Part shown: piece after piece, positions 32,496-43,805 of the stretch
How positions within the stretch are numbered: the stretch's first letter is position 1
How the letters are laid out: every line of letters starts with the position of its first letter
DNA from: Rhizaria sp. SCN 62-66
Lineage: Eukaryota
Reading direction: 5' to 3'
NCBI GenBank assembly: GCA_001724265.1
Contig: MEDY01000035.1
Coordinates: 1-64,000, forward strand
Length of the DNA: 64,000 bases
Notes under the pieces: model-generated
What the model saw: the letters and a program-made list of their open reading frames with translations, nothing else
Told to the model about the DNA's origin: nothing
Database searches by the model: none
Position numbers and translations under genes: made by a program

Positions 32496-35228
32496 ATGGC
32501 GCACGCGCACTACAACCTCCTGTGGCAGAAGGCCATGGAGGAACTAAGCGAGCTGATCGAGGTGGAGAACCCGCCGCCCCAGTACGACGCCAACGGCCGC
32601 GTGATCCCCGAGCGTCCCATGTCCTGGAACGCGGCACACCGCCACTACGCGTTGCTCTACATTAAGTACCTGCAAGTTTTCCGCAAGCTCGAGAAGTGCC
32701 ACGACCAGATCGTGCACCCGCAGAAGCGCCGCGACATCCGCGTCACTCTCGACGTCGTCATGGCCCGCGTGGTGCAGCTCAAGGCGCAGCTCAGCGTCTT
32801 CGGCCCGGGCGGCCGCCAGTCCGACTTCCCCAACCTCGACGGGTACCTTGTGGGGCTTAAGCTTGCACCCGCAGACCTGGACGTGCCGATCCCGCACTAC
32901 TTCAAGGAGCGTCGCCCCGAAGACGAGGCCGAGGCGGACCGCCGCGCGCTGCTCGCGAAATGCCTCGACGAACGCGGCGTCGCCGGTGCCGCGCTGCCGT
33001 CGGAGGACTCCACGCTGCCCGTTGCGGGCCACATGACCCGCGAGCGCGCGATCCAGATCATCCAGAAGAACGAGCGCGGCCGCCAAGCCGCCGCCCGCGC
33101 GCGGTTGCTTAAGGAGCTCCGTGACGAAGACGCCATGCGCCAACGCCACGAAGCCGCCGGCGCGCTTGAGCGCGACCCGCACGCCGCCGCTACGGTGATC
33201 CAGAAGGCCGTGCGCGGCTTCCTCTCGCGCCTGCGGTCCAAGGCCGATGCCGCAGAAGAACTCGTGTTTCTCGGAATGGAGGCCGCGCCGGGCGCCGGCG
33301 GGGCCCTCGGCGGAGGCGGCGCTGCTGGTGCGGGCGCTGCCGGCGGCGCGGGCGCGGGTGGGTACGACCCCGTGGTGAAGGCGGCGCAGGTCCGCAAGAG
33401 CCGCAAGGCGCGTCAGGCCGACCACGAGGTTCTTTACGGCGAGGCACTAGTGGAGCTTGAGCAGCAGGTCAGCAACGCAGTGGGGCCTGAACTGCGCGAT
33501 GCGCTGTGGACGGAGCGGTACGAGTGGTGGCTTGGCGAGAAGCAGCGCACGGGCAAGGCGCCGAAGTCGCTCGATGGCTATTATGCGATGGTGGCAGAGC
33601 GGGACAAGCCACCGGAGGACCCCGCGGCTGTTGAGGCGGCACAGAAGAAGGCGGAGGCCGAGGCTGAGGCGGCGCGGCGCGCGAAACGCAACGCGGCGGC
33701 GGGGCGCACGGCCGCGCCGTCGGTGGGGCGCAAGCGGAAGGAAGAGGAGCCTGCGAGCAAGGTGACCCAGGTGTCGGGCTCTGATCTAATGGCGCCATTG
33801 ACGGAGACAGTGATTAAGTACCGTGAGCTGTGGGCGACGATGGACGAATCGCAGAACCACGCGCAGACGCACGACGAGACGGTGGCGCGCGCGAAATTGC
33901 TGCCGGAGGTCAAGGAGCGGATCCAGGCTGAGGTGGACGTGCAGCTGTTGGGCTACTTGGAGAACATCCAGGCGAAGCTGGCTGCTGGTAAGAAGAAGAA
34001 GGGCAAGGGCAAGGCCAAGAAGGGCGACGGCAGCAAAAAGGGCGCGGCGGGCGGCGACGGCAAGAAGAAGGCCAAGGGTGGCGCCAAGACAAAGCGCAAG
34101 AAGTGGATCGAGGGCGAGAAGGCGTGCGCGCACATGTCTCTCGTGGACATGATCACTGCGCTGATCAAGCTCAACATCCTCCAGGACCAGGCCCGCGCGC
34201 GCCCGCTCGGGGATTACGTGGGCGACATCAACTACATCGGCTCAGTGTACCAGGACGCCGGTGTGCCCGTTGACCCCACTGCCGCACAGATCCGTCAAAC
34301 GCTCACCGAGCTCTTCGTCCTGCCGCAGGGCTCGGCGTTCGTCAAGGAACACGTGCCCGCGCGCTCCGCGCTGTTGCTGTACGGCCCGCGCGGCACGGGC
34401 AAGACGATGTTAACGCGCTCGCTGGCGTGGGAGTCGCGTGCCGTGTGGCTCGACCTCTCTCCGGCCAATCTAGACCGCAAATTAGGCGCCAAGGCCGAGA
34501 TCCAGAAGCTGCTGTACATGGTCTTCCGCGTCGCTAAGGAGCTCCAGCCGGCCGTCGTGTTCATTGACGAAGCGGAAAAGATGTGGGCCGCCGGCAAGGG
34601 CAAGACCAAGACGGGCGCGCCGCGCAAAAACAACACGCCTCTGGGCCGCGTGCGCAAGTCTCTGGCCGTACAGCGCGCTGCTCTGGCGCCGACGGACCGC
34701 GTGATCGTCGTGGGCAACTCACGGCAACCGTTCCACGCGCGGACCAACATCGCGGACCTGTGCAAGTTCTTCGATTATCAGCATCAGGGCAAGATGATCT
34801 ACTGCCCGTGTCCCGGCTACCACTCGCGGCTGCAGCTCTGGGCGCGGTTCATCGAAAACACAGGTCTCGCGGTGTCCCAGCTCGCGCGTTCCGATAAATT
34901 CGACCTCTCGACGCTGGCGTTTATCACAGAAGGCTTCTCCGCGGGCGCGATGGAGCAGGCCGTGCAGATGACGCTGACGCCGCGCCGTGTGGAGAAGATC
35001 CTTGCCACTGGCAAAGAGCTCGACATGGCGGAGCTGCTCAAGGCGCTTGCTAAGATGCCGTACACGTACCAGGAGGAGTACGTCGCGTTCGCCAACTTCA
35101 CTTTCCTGGTCACGGGCGAGAAGGAGCGTCTGCGCCTGATGCAGCTCGCGGCGCTCAAGGAGGAGGAGCTCCGTGCCGCCGCTGCCAAGAAGCAGGGCCT
35201 CCGCAAGCCCAGCAAGCCCAAGGCGTGA
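32496..35228 (+). CDS. IQCA1: IQ and AAA domain protein, dynein regulatory complex subunit 11
   Basis: LYIKYLQVFRKLEKCHDQIVHPQKR N-terminal signature, IQ motif IQKAVRGFLSR, Lys-rich linker, Walker A GPRGTGKT, Walker B VFIDEAE. Stop TGA. Confidence 0.92.
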   Translation: MAHAHYNLLWQKAMEELSELIEVENPPPQYDANGRVIPERPMSWNAAHRHYALLYIKYLQVFRKLEKCHDQIVHPQKRRDIRVTLDVVMARVVQLKAQLSVFGPGGRQSDFPNLDGYLVGLKLAPADLDVPIPHYFKERRPEDEAEADRRALLAKCLDERGVAGAALPSEDSTLPVAGHMTRERAIQIIQKNERGRQAAARARLLKELRDEDAMRQRHEAAGALERDPHAAATVIQKAVRGFLSRLRSKADAAEELVFLGMEAAPGAGGALGGGGAAGAGAAGGAGAGGYDPVVKAAQVRKSRKARQADHEVLYGEALVELEQQVSNAVGPELRDALWTERYEWWLGEKQRTGKAPKSLDGYYAMVAERDKPPEDPAAVEAAQKKAEAEAEAARRAKRNAAAGRTAAPSVGRKRKEEEPASKVTQVSGSDLMAPLTETVIKYRELWATMDESQNHAQTHDETVARAKLLPEVKERIQAEVDVQLLGYLENIQAKLAAGKKKKGKGKAKKGDGSKKGAAGGDGKKKAKGGAKTKRKKWIEGEKACAHMSLVDMITALIKLNILQDQARARPLGDYVGDINYIGSVYQDAGVPVDPTAAQIRQTLTELFVLPQGSAFVKEHVPARSALLLYGPRGTGKTMLTRSLAWESRAVWLDLSPANLDRKLGAKAEIQKLLYMVFRVAKELQPAVVFIDEAEKMWAAGKGKTKTGAPRKNNTPLGRVRKSLAVQRAALAPTDRVIVVGNSRQPFHARTNIADLCKFFDYQHQGKMIYCPCPGYHSRLQLWARFIENTGLAVSQLARSDKFDLSTLAFITEGFSAGAMEQAVQMTLTPRRVEKILATGKELDMAELLKALAKMPYTYQEEYVAFANFTFLVTGEKERLRLMQLAALKEEELRAAAAKKQGLRKPSKPKA

Positions 35229-35664
35229 TCAGGTGAGTGACCTCACTCTCTCTCGTGCGTCTGCTGAATACACAAGACTTCATTGTTGCATCTCAATACT
35301 GATGTGGCTTAGGATCATTCGTGTATTCTTTCGTTGGTGGTGAGTCGATTACATGGATTTGATATGTAACAATTACATTTTGTCGAACTAGTGGTGCGGT
35401 TGAGCTCGTCATGTTCACTGCGACCACTGAAACACAGAAGTATAGCACGAAGAAACAAGACAAGGAAACGAAAAAGCAAAAGCTGGCAATAAGTGACAAA
35501 AACAGAACAAGAGACAAATGAGAGAACGGAAAGAATAACAATAATAAATTTAGTGATTGTTAGTTGAATAATTCGTCGTTAATGACTCGTTTATAACAAA
35601 AAACGTAATGAGAGTGAGTCTTCAAATTAGAGTGCGTTACAGCGCGCATGGACATTATTTATAC

Positions 35665-38600
35665 TCACTCCTCGGAGCCGTCGTCGTCCTCATCGCGTTC
35701 GTCGGCGTCACTGACCGGCGCGAGAGTCGCAGACACAGGTCCCCACCCGGCGGGCGCCATGCCGATGCTGAGCCTGCGCGCGACCGACTGTGCGAGCCTC
35801 GGTGAAGCCGCGTCCCCGGCCTCGACACCGGAAATGTCCGCGGCGGTCGAGTCAAGCGCGACGAAACCGAACGGCGCGGCGCCGTCTTCGCCCGGGGAAT
35901 CCCCACCGCTGCCACCGCTGCTGCCGCTGCCGCTGCGCGCGACAGCCTCGCCCATTCCGTGCGCGCGCATGGTTCCGAAAAAAGACCTCCGCTTCGTTGC
36001 CGCGATCTCCGCCGGGGACGCGAGCGCCAACGGGGAGCCGAGCACAGAGCGACGGTGCGCGCCGGGAGCCGTGGCGCCGGTGAGGTGAGCCTGGATACCC
36101 GCAGTGAGGAGCTGGCCGGTCTGCTCGCACTCGCCGGCGGGCGCAGTGTGGGCGTCCTCGGTACCGATAAAATCGAGAATGTGTTGTTGGCCAGCGGCCT
36201 CCATTGCGGCGACCACGTCAGCTTCGATGACGTCGTCCTCAGCGTCAGCGTCAGCGTCGTCGCCGAGCCCGTCTCCCCCGTTGCCGTCGCTATCGTCTTC
36301 ATCCTCGTCCTCGGCGGCGACGTCGCCAGCGTGGACATCGTCGACGGACACTGACAGCGTGCTGCCAACGCCAGAGCTGGAGTTGACAAGCGTCGCACCA
36401 GAGCCCGTGGCAGCAGCGCCAGTGGCAGTGGCAGCGCTGCGAGCGAGCGCGCGCGCGTCGGCCTCAGCCTCGGCCTCCGCAGCCAGTGCGGCAGCGGCGG
36501 CGGCGCCCGCAGCGGCGGCGGCTGCGATGGTCTCGGCGACAGACGGGGACGTTGCCGAGAGGGGCAACGGCGGCGGCAGCAGCTTGCGAGGGCTACCACT
36601 CGCACTCGCAACAGCAGCGCCAGCAGAGCCGAAGCTCGTGGGGATCGCCTCAGTGCCGGCGCGAGGCAGCGACGACGGCGCCGGCAGCGGCATCAGCTGC
36701 AGAACGCTGTGGCGCTGTAGTGGGCCGCGCGCCCCCAAGTCTGCGTTCGGCAGCGACCCAGGGCCTGCGAGCGATGACCGGTGGTTGCGGGGCGCCAAGC
36801 GCCGCGCCGCGCCCACAGTCGGGGACCCGCCGCCGAACGCGCGGTGCCCCGCCCCCCTCGCCGCAGCGGTGGTTGTGATAGCACTAACGGCTGACCGCAA
36901 CCCACCGCCCATACCGCTGCTCTCGCCGCCGATGGGAACGCCGATACGGCGGCGCGGCGACAGCAGACCGCCGCTGACGCCCGCTGCAGACGCGGACTGC
37001 GCGGCGAGTTTGGCGCGCGCCTCCGTCTCCAACTGCGCGCGGACATCCTCATCGAGCAGGAAGGCTTCGAACAGCAGCCGGTTGTGGCGCCACGTGCGCG
37101 CGGTGATGAGCTGCACGAACCGGCGCCGCGTGGGGGCGTCGCGGAAAAACACGAGCATTTCGCCCTCATCCTGTGGCTCACCCGCGGCGGCCGCAGCGGA
37201 CGACTGCGCCGCTGCGGCCGCGGAGGCCGGAAGCCCGCCCGCGACGACGACGAGCAGGGGGAACGGCGTGGGCATCGATGACTTGCGCAGACGCTGCCGG
37301 GCGCGCGCCACAGCGGCCGCCAGAGCGGCGGCGTCCGGCCCGTTGGCCGCGCCCAGCGCACCGCCGGCGCCGGACTTAACGAAGTGGCCCCCAGCGCCGC
37401 CCGCGGCTCCGTCAGCACCGCCGGCGCCGAGTCCACCGCCGTTTGCAGCAGTGGAGTCATCGGATTCGACGAGGCTGAGCGACGTGTGCTGCTCACGCAA
37501 GCGCAGTGCGGCCTGGGCCTTGATGGCGGACCGGGACACAGACGGCGACGGGGGCTCCACAGCACCGTGTGCACTCGAGGCGTTAGACGAGTCTGATGAC
37601 GAGCGCTTGACTGCGGCGTCGTCATACGCGGTGGCGGCAGCGGCGTCGGCATCGAGGTCGCGCACGACAGTGCCTGTCAGGGCAGCGATCTCGGCGGCAT
37701 CGGCTTCGAGAGCAGCCGCCTCTGCCGCGGCGGCAGCGGTCGATCCGCCGGTCAGCGCGGCCGCCACGCGGGAGATCGTGCACGGCTGCTTCGCGCTAAT
37801 CGCACCCGCACTCGCAGAGAAAGCAGAGGATGAAGTTGAGGCAGGCGCGGCGGGCGTGCCAGTGGCGGACCCAGGAGTGGGCTTGCGGACAGCCCAACGC
37901 AGCACGTTCCCAGAGAGCTCAAGCGTTCCCATCTCCCATTTGGCGGAGAAAAACGACTTGACAAGCACGAACACAGGACTCGTGGCTGCGGCGGCCTCGT
38001 CGTCAGCCAGCCGTTCGACCGCGCGGCGCAGGACCGTGGTCACACGCGCGTCGAACCAGTCTGGCCCCGCGGCCAGCGCGGCGCGGCGGGCGCGGTCGGT
38101 GAGGAACTCGACGAACATCTGCGTGCCGAACAGCGCCTCGAGCGCGGGGCGTGTCTCCGGCGGGGACTCGTCGAGGAATTCCTCACGGCGGAACATGCTT
38201 GCCGAAAGCGATGCGAGCGACTCTTCCTCGGCCGGGGCCGCGGAGCCGCCTTTGCGCGCGGATGACGTGGCCGCGAACGACGCCGCGGCGGCCTGCTTCA
38301 TTGCGCGCCGCTGCAGCACGTGCGCCGGCACTGGCCGCAGGAAGAACCGGTACCCGCGCAACAGTGAGACGAAGGCGTCGAGGCAGCGCTCGCGGAGACG
38401 GAGCACGGTGAGGTCCATCAGCGCTGCGGCCGGGGTGGCGACGACTTCGACTGCGACGGTGGCGGCGAACTCTGGCCCGTCGATGCTGCGCATCATCACA
38501 CGCGCAGCAAGGGCGAGAGCCGACGACGATGATGAAGAGGAGGATGAGGATGACTGAGAGATCTTCTCTTCGTCACCGCCAGTGTGGCCACCGTGGGAGC

Positions 38601-41600
38601 GTTTCGCGGTCTCGACAGCGTCAGCGGCGTCTGCTTCGAGCAGCGCACGGCGGTACCGCTCCAGAGCCCCGCGCAGAGCCGGGTCGGCCACACCAGCCGC
38701 AACTGCGCCAGTGTCATTGCCGCCGCCGCCGCCGGTCTTAGAGGCGGACTTGCCAGACGCAGCTGCGGCGGCTGCAGCTGCGGCGGCGACTGTCGCGGCC
38801 TCGTCGTCGGTCACGGCGTCGAGTGGAGCGACGCGGGAGAGCAATTGCGAGCCGCGAGACGCCATGACGATCAGCGCAGACTCGCTGCGCGCGCGGAGCC
38901 CGGCGGCGGCGGTCGCGGTGCGCCCGGGGAGAGAAACCTCATCGTCTAACGCAGTCGCAGACGCAGATGATGCTGGCAACGACGCTGCTGCTGCGTAGGT
39001 GTTGGCACTGGCAGCGGCCGTGGCGGCGGCGGCGGCGGCGGCGTCGCGCGCGCGCTGGCGGCGGGCCGTGGCGATTGCAAAGTCAGCCAACTGACCGCGC
39101 ACCGCCTCGGCCTCAGTCGCCGCCGCCTGCAGGCGCGCGTGCAGCGACTCCGGTAAAAGCGGCCGGAACTGGCACTGGGGCGCCGCGAGCTGCGTCGAGA
39201 CCGAGGGATACGCCAGCGGAGTGCTGGCGCTGGCGCCTGGCACGGGCGCGGGGGACGGGGGGTCGCGGGCGGCGGTGGGCAGCCGCACCGAAGACGAGTC
39301 CAAGTCAAGCACCATCACGTGCGCCGGGGCACAGTCGCGCAACGCGGTGAGTCCGCCGATTACGAAGGGCTGTGGCGCGTGTAAAAAGTCTGCCAAACAC
39401 ACCGGCAGCAACGGAATATACACGAGCGAATGTGTCAACGGCGCCAGGAGCGCGAGGAGACTCTCGCAGACGTGCAGCAGAGGCCGCGGCGCGGAGGCCG
39501 TCACCAGCAGCGGCGTCTCCTGCAACAGCGCGTCGATGACCAAGCTCAGCACGTCCGGCTCCACGCGGCGGAGCAGGTGGGAAAAGTCGGCGTCGACCCT
39601 CGGCGCGCCGGCGGGCCCCAGTGCGCAGCTCGCCGCGGCAGCCGGGGTGACGGCAGTGAGTGACTGCGGCGCCGGTGCGTCGGGCGAGGGCAGAGGGGCC
39701 GGCGGGGCGAGCGCGGCGTTGAGCGCGGCCGTCAGCCGGGCCAGCCACGCCGGAGTGATGGTGCGCACGTAGGGATGCAGCCGGTGCTTATCCGAGCTGT
39801 TACCGCTGCCGCTGGTATTCTTGCCTGTGTCGCGCATGGTGAGGAGGTACGACTGACGGCGCGCGGGCTCTGATGTAAGCGTAGACGCCGACGCCGACGC
39901 GAAGGCCTTGGCAGCGGCGGAGGAGACAGCGCAGAGTGGCACTGGAGCGCACGGGAGGAAAGGCAGTGGGTGGACGAACGGCAGCCAGATCGTCGAGGGG
40001 GGCGCGAACGGCGACGGCACGCTCACCGCCGCCGCCGCCGACGACGACGAAGCTGAGGACGCTGCTGCAACTGCGGCAGCTGCTGCAGCGGCGAGGGCGG
40101 TGGGCGACGACGGCGTGAGTTCAGACGCGGAGCTAATAAGCCGCGACGGCGCCGGCGACACGGAGTGGCGGTGCGATGGCTTGAGACGCGCTGCCCGCTG
40201 CGGCGCCGCACTGGCCGCAGCAGCAGCAGCAGAGGCGGCCGTGGCGGCGGAGGACGTCACAGGGTTGAGGATCGCGCCGAGACAGATGCACGCGAGCAGC
40301 GGCAGCGCCAGCGGCGGCAGCGACGGCGGCAGTGAGCCTGGTAGAGAGGCCAGCTGCGCGCCCCACGATGCCACTCCGGCCGTGGCCAGGCAACGGCAGA
40401 GGGGCGCGGTAGCGATGCCACCGGCGTCTCTCCCAGTCGCTTGCTTCTTATCATGATCCTTCGCTGTATTCGCTGTCTGAGACTGCGGCTGGCGCTGCGC
40501 CTGGGATTCAGACTGGCATTGCTCTGTCGCGGCTGCAATGGCCTCCGGCGATACACCGGCCGCCGTGCACACAGCCACGTGCGGCGCCAGTCCGCAACCA
40601 CTCACGGTCCCACTGCCACTGCCGCTGCCACTGCCGCTACCGCCACCGCTGCTGCTGCTGTCGGCTGTTGCGCCCTGAAGCGTGGATTTGCTGTTGCGGC
40701 GTGCAACCGCTGCATCGGGGTCCATGGTGGGCTCGAACACCTTCGAGTCTGCGAATCGGCCCGCGGATGACCCCCAGGGCCTGAGCGCGCCGTCGGGGGC
40801 GGCGGCAGCAGTCTCGTCATCGTCGTCGTAGGCTGGCACACTGCAGTTGCTGGACGCGCCGGCGACTGCGGCGGCTGTAGCGGCACTGGCGCAGACTCCG
40901 TTGAGAAGACTGTTCGCCTCGGATGCTGTGCACGGCATCACACCCGGCGCTCCGCCGACCCCGAGACTAGCGCCAGTCCCAGTCCCAGCGCCAGCGCCGA
41001 CGCCGGTGCCGGTGCCAGTGGTGGAGGTGGCGGCGGTAGACTGGGAACAGCTGTTGGCGGCGAGCGCGGCGGCGGAGGCAGTGTACGAGCCCGCGCTGCC
41101 GCAGCTGCTGGCGCCGCACGCTGTTACCAGCGCAGGTGGGATGAATGCATGCGCGAGTGCTTCAAGGAATCCTTCGAAGAACCTGTGCAGCGGGCGGCGC
41201 GCAACGAGAACGAGCGCTTGCGAGGCGTAGACGGCGGCGGGGAGAGTGAACCCGGTCATATCGAGGTCGATGTCGGAGTTGACGAGCATGAACGAGCCGA
41301 CCTGCGCGCGGACAGTCGCGAGCAGCGACGGCGGGAGTGCGGCGTGCGTCGTCAATACGTAGCAGTAAGACCGTGTACCGTCGAGCCCGGTCAGGGCGCA
41401 ACCGTGCACGGAGCGTGGGGCGCGGGCGCCGGCGAGATGGCAGCCGCCAGGGAAAGCGAAGAGCTCGAGCCCGATCGGCAGAGAACGCGCGGCGGGGGAC
41501 GCGGCGCCTGAGGAAGACGAACCGTCGCCGCCGCCGCCCGCGCTAGCGCCTGCGCGAGAATCGCTGGAGAGCGGCGAAACATACGAGTGCAATCCCCCCG

Positions 41601-42261
41601 CACCGCTGGCGGCGGTGGCGGCGGCGGACGGGAATGCGAACATGTGGGGCGCGAAAAGGGCGTCGAAGGAGATCGACGCCGCGGTCTGCGCGTGCGCAAT
41701 GCGGGTCGGGAGCGCGCATTCGGGGTCGAGCAGCGACTGCGTTTGCTGCCGCGAGAGGTCCCAGAACGCCGGCGACTCCAGGTCGGCCTCGATCACAGCG
41801 ACGTGGGTGACGAGAGAGAGGAACAACATGCGGGCAGCGCGGAGAAGGACGGAACGCGCGAGAGGGTCTGCGGGGACTTCGACCGGCGGGCCACGCGTGG
41901 TAAGTGCTGAGGAAGACGCGGCCGTCGCGGCAGCTGCGGCGGCGGCGGCCGAGGACGCGAGACACGCCGCCGTGCCACTAGCGCTGAGAGTGCCGCTGCC
42001 GACAGGGCCGTAACCGCCACCTGTGGAAATGGAGTTAGCGCGGGAGCCGGCTTCCGCGCCGGCGGGGCCCGCGGTGGCGGAGCGGCGCTGGCGCATCTGT
42101 GGGCGCTGCAGATGCAATGATGAAGAAGCGACGTTGTTGTTGTTGTTGTTGTTTTGTGCGTCAGCGAGCGCGGCGGCGTCGTTGCAGCCGGCGGATGAGG
42201 GCACGACGCCTTGGGCAAAGATGCGTTCAGGAGCTCCTGAACCGAGCGGATGAGCGCTCAT
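35665..42261 (-). CDS. DENN-domain Rab GEF with probable C-terminal split PH-like domain
   Basis: uDENN ELFAFPGG..LTGLDGTRSYCYVL; cDENN ALLQETPLLV..CESLLALLAPL..YIPLLP..FLHAPQPFVIG; dDENN AFVSLLRGYRFFL..FRREEFL..TQMFVEFL. 2198 aa, stop TGA. Confidence 0.9.
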   Translation of the reverse strand: MSAHPLGSGAPERIFAQGVVPSSAGCNDAAALADAQNNNNNNNVASSSLHLQRPQMRQRRSATAGPAGAEAGSRANSISTGGGYGPVGSGTLSASGTAACLASSAAAAAAAATAASSSALTTRGPPVEVPADPLARSVLLRAARMLFLSLVTHVAVIEADLESPAFWDLSRQQTQSLLDPECALPTRIAHAQTAASISFDALFAPHMFAFPSAAATAASGAGGLHSYVSPLSSDSRAGASAGGGGDGSSSSGAASPAARSLPIGLELFAFPGGCHLAGARAPRSVHGCALTGLDGTRSYCYVLTTHAALPPSLLATVRAQVGSFMLVNSDIDLDMTGFTLPAAVYASQALVLVARRPLHRFFEGFLEALAHAFIPPALVTACGASSCGSAGSYTASAAALAANSCSQSTAATSTTGTGTGVGAGAGTGTGASLGVGGAPGVMPCTASEANSLLNGVCASAATAAAVAGASSNCSVPAYDDDDETAAAAPDGALRPWGSSAGRFADSKVFEPTMDPDAAVARRNSKSTLQGATADSSSSGGGSGSGSGSGSGTVSGCGLAPHVAVCTAAGVSPEAIAAATEQCQSESQAQRQPQSQTANTAKDHDKKQATGRDAGGIATAPLCRCLATAGVASWGAQLASLPGSLPPSLPPLALPLLACICLGAILNPVTSSAATAASAAAAAASAAPQRAARLKPSHRHSVSPAPSRLISSASELTPSSPTALAAAAAAAVAAASSASSSSAAAAVSVPSPFAPPSTIWLPFVHPLPFLPCAPVPLCAVSSAAAKAFASASASTLTSEPARRQSYLLTMRDTGKNTSGSGNSSDKHRLHPYVRTITPAWLARLTAALNAALAPPAPLPSPDAPAPQSLTAVTPAAAASCALGPAGAPRVDADFSHLLRRVEPDVLSLVIDALLQETPLLVTASAPRPLLHVCESLLALLAPLTHSLVYIPLLPVCLADFLHAPQPFVIGGLTALRDCAPAHVMVLDLDSSSVRLPTAARDPPSPAPVPGASASTPLAYPSVSTQLAAPQCQFRPLLPESLHARLQAAATEAEAVRGQLADFAIATARRQRARDAAAAAAATAAASANTYAAAASLPASSASATALDDEVSLPGRTATAAAGLRARSESALIVMASRGSQLLSRVAPLDAVTDDEAATVAAAAAAAAAASGKSASKTGGGGGNDTGAVAAGVADPALRGALERYRRALLEADAADAVETAKRSHGGHTGGDEEKISQSSSSSSSSSSSALALAARVMMRSIDGPEFAATVAVEVVATPAAALMDLTVLRLRERCLDAFVSLLRGYRFFLRPVPAHVLQRRAMKQAAAASFAATSSARKGGSAAPAEEESLASLSASMFRREEFLDESPPETRPALEALFGTQMFVEFLTDRARRAALAAGPDWFDARVTTVLRRAVERLADDEAAAATSPVFVLVKSFFSAKWEMGTLELSGNVLRWAVRKPTPGSATGTPAAPASTSSSAFSASAGAISAKQPCTISRVAAALTGGSTAAAAAEAAALEADAAEIAALTGTVVRDLDADAAAATAYDDAAVKRSSSDSSNASSAHGAVEPPSPSVSRSAIKAQAALRLREQHTSLSLVESDDSTAANGGGLGAGGADGAAGGAGGHFVKSGAGGALGAANGPDAAALAAAVARARQRLRKSSMPTPFPLLVVVAGGLPASAAAAAQSSAAAAAGEPQDEGEMLVFFRDAPTRRRFVQLITARTWRHNRLLFEAFLLDEDVRAQLETEARAKLAAQSASAAGVSGGLLSPRRRIGVPIGGESSGMGGGLRSAVSAITTTAAARGAGHRAFGGGSPTVGAARRLAPRNHRSSLAGPGSLPNADLGARGPLQRHSVLQLMPLPAPSSLPRAGTEAIPTSFGSAGAAVASASGSPRKLLPPPLPLSATSPSVAETIAAAAAAGAAAAAALAAEAEAEADARALARSAATATGAAATGSGATLVNSSSGVGSTLSVSVDDVHAGDVAAEDEDEDDSDGNGGDGLGDDADADAEDDVIEADVVAAMEAAGQQHILDFIGTEDAHTAPAGECEQTGQLLTAGIQAHLTGATAPGAHRRSVLGSPLALASPAEIAATKRRSFFGTMRAHGMGEAVARSGSGSSGGSGGDSPGEDGAAPFGFVALDSTAADISGVEAGDAASPRLAQSVARRLSIGMAPAGWGPVSATLAPVSDADERDEDDDGSEE

Positions 42262-42959
42262 GAAAGAAAGTTAGACTAAGGCCAAGATGGCCAGGGGTAA
42301 ATTCGCCAATAGGGTTCAGTGTTCAACAGGATATCCTGAACCGGGAGCTGGAATTCCGGTGCAAACGCTCTGAGAAGGTCGAAACCAAGGAGATTCGCAT
42401 GGCGACATGGGGAAACATTGAGTTATGAGGCAAGATATCGGCGGTGTAGCATACAAAATTCAAATCTAGTTAATAAACACTAACATGCTAGCGTATCAAC
42501 TACGGCTGCATCACCTGACGAGTCCATGTACAAGAAATTGTCGCTGTGCAAACGTCGTGTGCAGACCATCTTCGGTCAGATTGTGGCTTGCGCCTCGTCG
42601 CTCCGAGAGTGTTGTCGCAATGATGCATTTCACGCTGCAAAGCGCGGATATATGCAAACTTCAAGAGACATAGTGCGTTAGCAAGCGGCAATTCATCCAG
42701 AATTTCCGTTATCCGTAGTAAAAACAACCCGACGTGTGTATTAAGTCCGATATCGGGATATTAAGATAGGATTCTAGGTATCATAACAGATGCGCCAGTC
42801 ATGCTTGCCGCGCCACTCTGGCCCCACAGCAGTTGCGAGCGCTTCACAAAACGCACGCAAACAGAAGGACTATATATAAGTATCGCAAATATTTAAAAAA
42901 AATATACTCTCATTCATCACGCATATAGCGCGCATGAAAGCGAAGCGGGATCTTCCGCT

Positions 42960-43805
42960 TCAGATCCAGAGTACCGCGTGGTCGATCGGCTTCTGGATCT
43001 CATTCTCCAGCGCCTCAAGCAACGGCGGGAGCTTATCTTCCCAGTGTGTCGCGTCCGCGTGCCCCACCGTGCTCTCCGGCCGCGGCAGGTGCTGCGACAG
43101 CCGCGCCAGCAGCGCCGCCGCGGCCTCCGCGCCCTTGGCCGGCGGCGCGATGGCCGCATGCAACGCGTTGACCAAGCGCAGCGCCAGAACAGCGGCGCGC
43201 GACGCGTCCTCATGCGTGTCGGGCGTCTCGAGGTTCACAACGTGGCACGGCGCGAGCTGCGCACCCGTGCGCTGGCGCAGGTCGTCAACAACCGTGTTGT
43301 AGACGTGCATCTCGAATGTGAGGACGAGGTCGAACCGCGCAGTGCGAGCGTCTTGCCAGCGCTCAGGCGCGGCCTTGACGCGGGCGTCGCGTTCGAGCAT
43401 CGGGAGCGTGCCGAGACGCTGGTGCACCTCCTCGCCCTTGCGCCGGAGGTCGGCCGCCATCTCGGTGTACGGCGTGCCGAACGGGAACTCGTTCTTGCCG
43501 CCGGGCACTTCGCCGACGAGGGAGACTTTGGTGCCGACACCGAAGCTCGACACCAAGTGGTAGCCGTGCTGCAGCAACGCGTAGTGGGCCTCCATCGAGC
43601 GGTTCACGTTGGAGCGGCAGACCAGCGCGACGGAGATCTGACCGTGGCGGTGCGCGGTGCGCGCCCCGGTCGCTACAGCAGCCGCGGCCGCTGACGCTTG
43701 AGCTGGAGTGGTGGCGGCAACGGCGGCGGCTGCTGCGGCTGCGGGTGGAGCGCGTGGGTCGGACGAGCCCGCTGCGGGGCCGCGCGCCATGCGGGGGTCA
43801 CTCAT
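42960..43805 (-). CDS. SSU72: RNA polymerase II CTD phosphatase Ssu72
   Basis: Catalytic VCRSNVNRSMEAH (CX5R), VSSFGVG, FGTPY, KAAPERWQ, FDLVLTFE..VVDDL, HVVNL..DTHEDA. Stop TGA. Confidence 0.95.
   Translation of the reverse strand: MSDPRMARGPAAGSSDPRAPPAAAAAAAVAATTPAQASAAAAAVATGARTAHRHGQISVALVCRSNVNRSMEAHYALLQHGYHLVSSFGVGTKVSLVGEVPGGKNEFPFGTPYTEMAADLRRKGEEVHQRLGTLPMLERDARVKAAPERWQDARTARFDLVLTFEMHVYNTVVDDLRQRTGAQLAPCHVVNLETPDTHEDASRAAVLALRLVNALHAAIAPPAKGAEAAAALLARLSQHLPRPESTVGHADATHWEDKLPPLLEALENEIQKPIDHAVLWI

Noticed and set aside
28173-38557. Long antisense or alternate-frame ORFs (e.g. 28173-29735, 36104-38557; also 1081-2688)
   Set aside because: Shadow ORFs of GC-rich, Ala-rich genes on the other strand, with no independent motifs.
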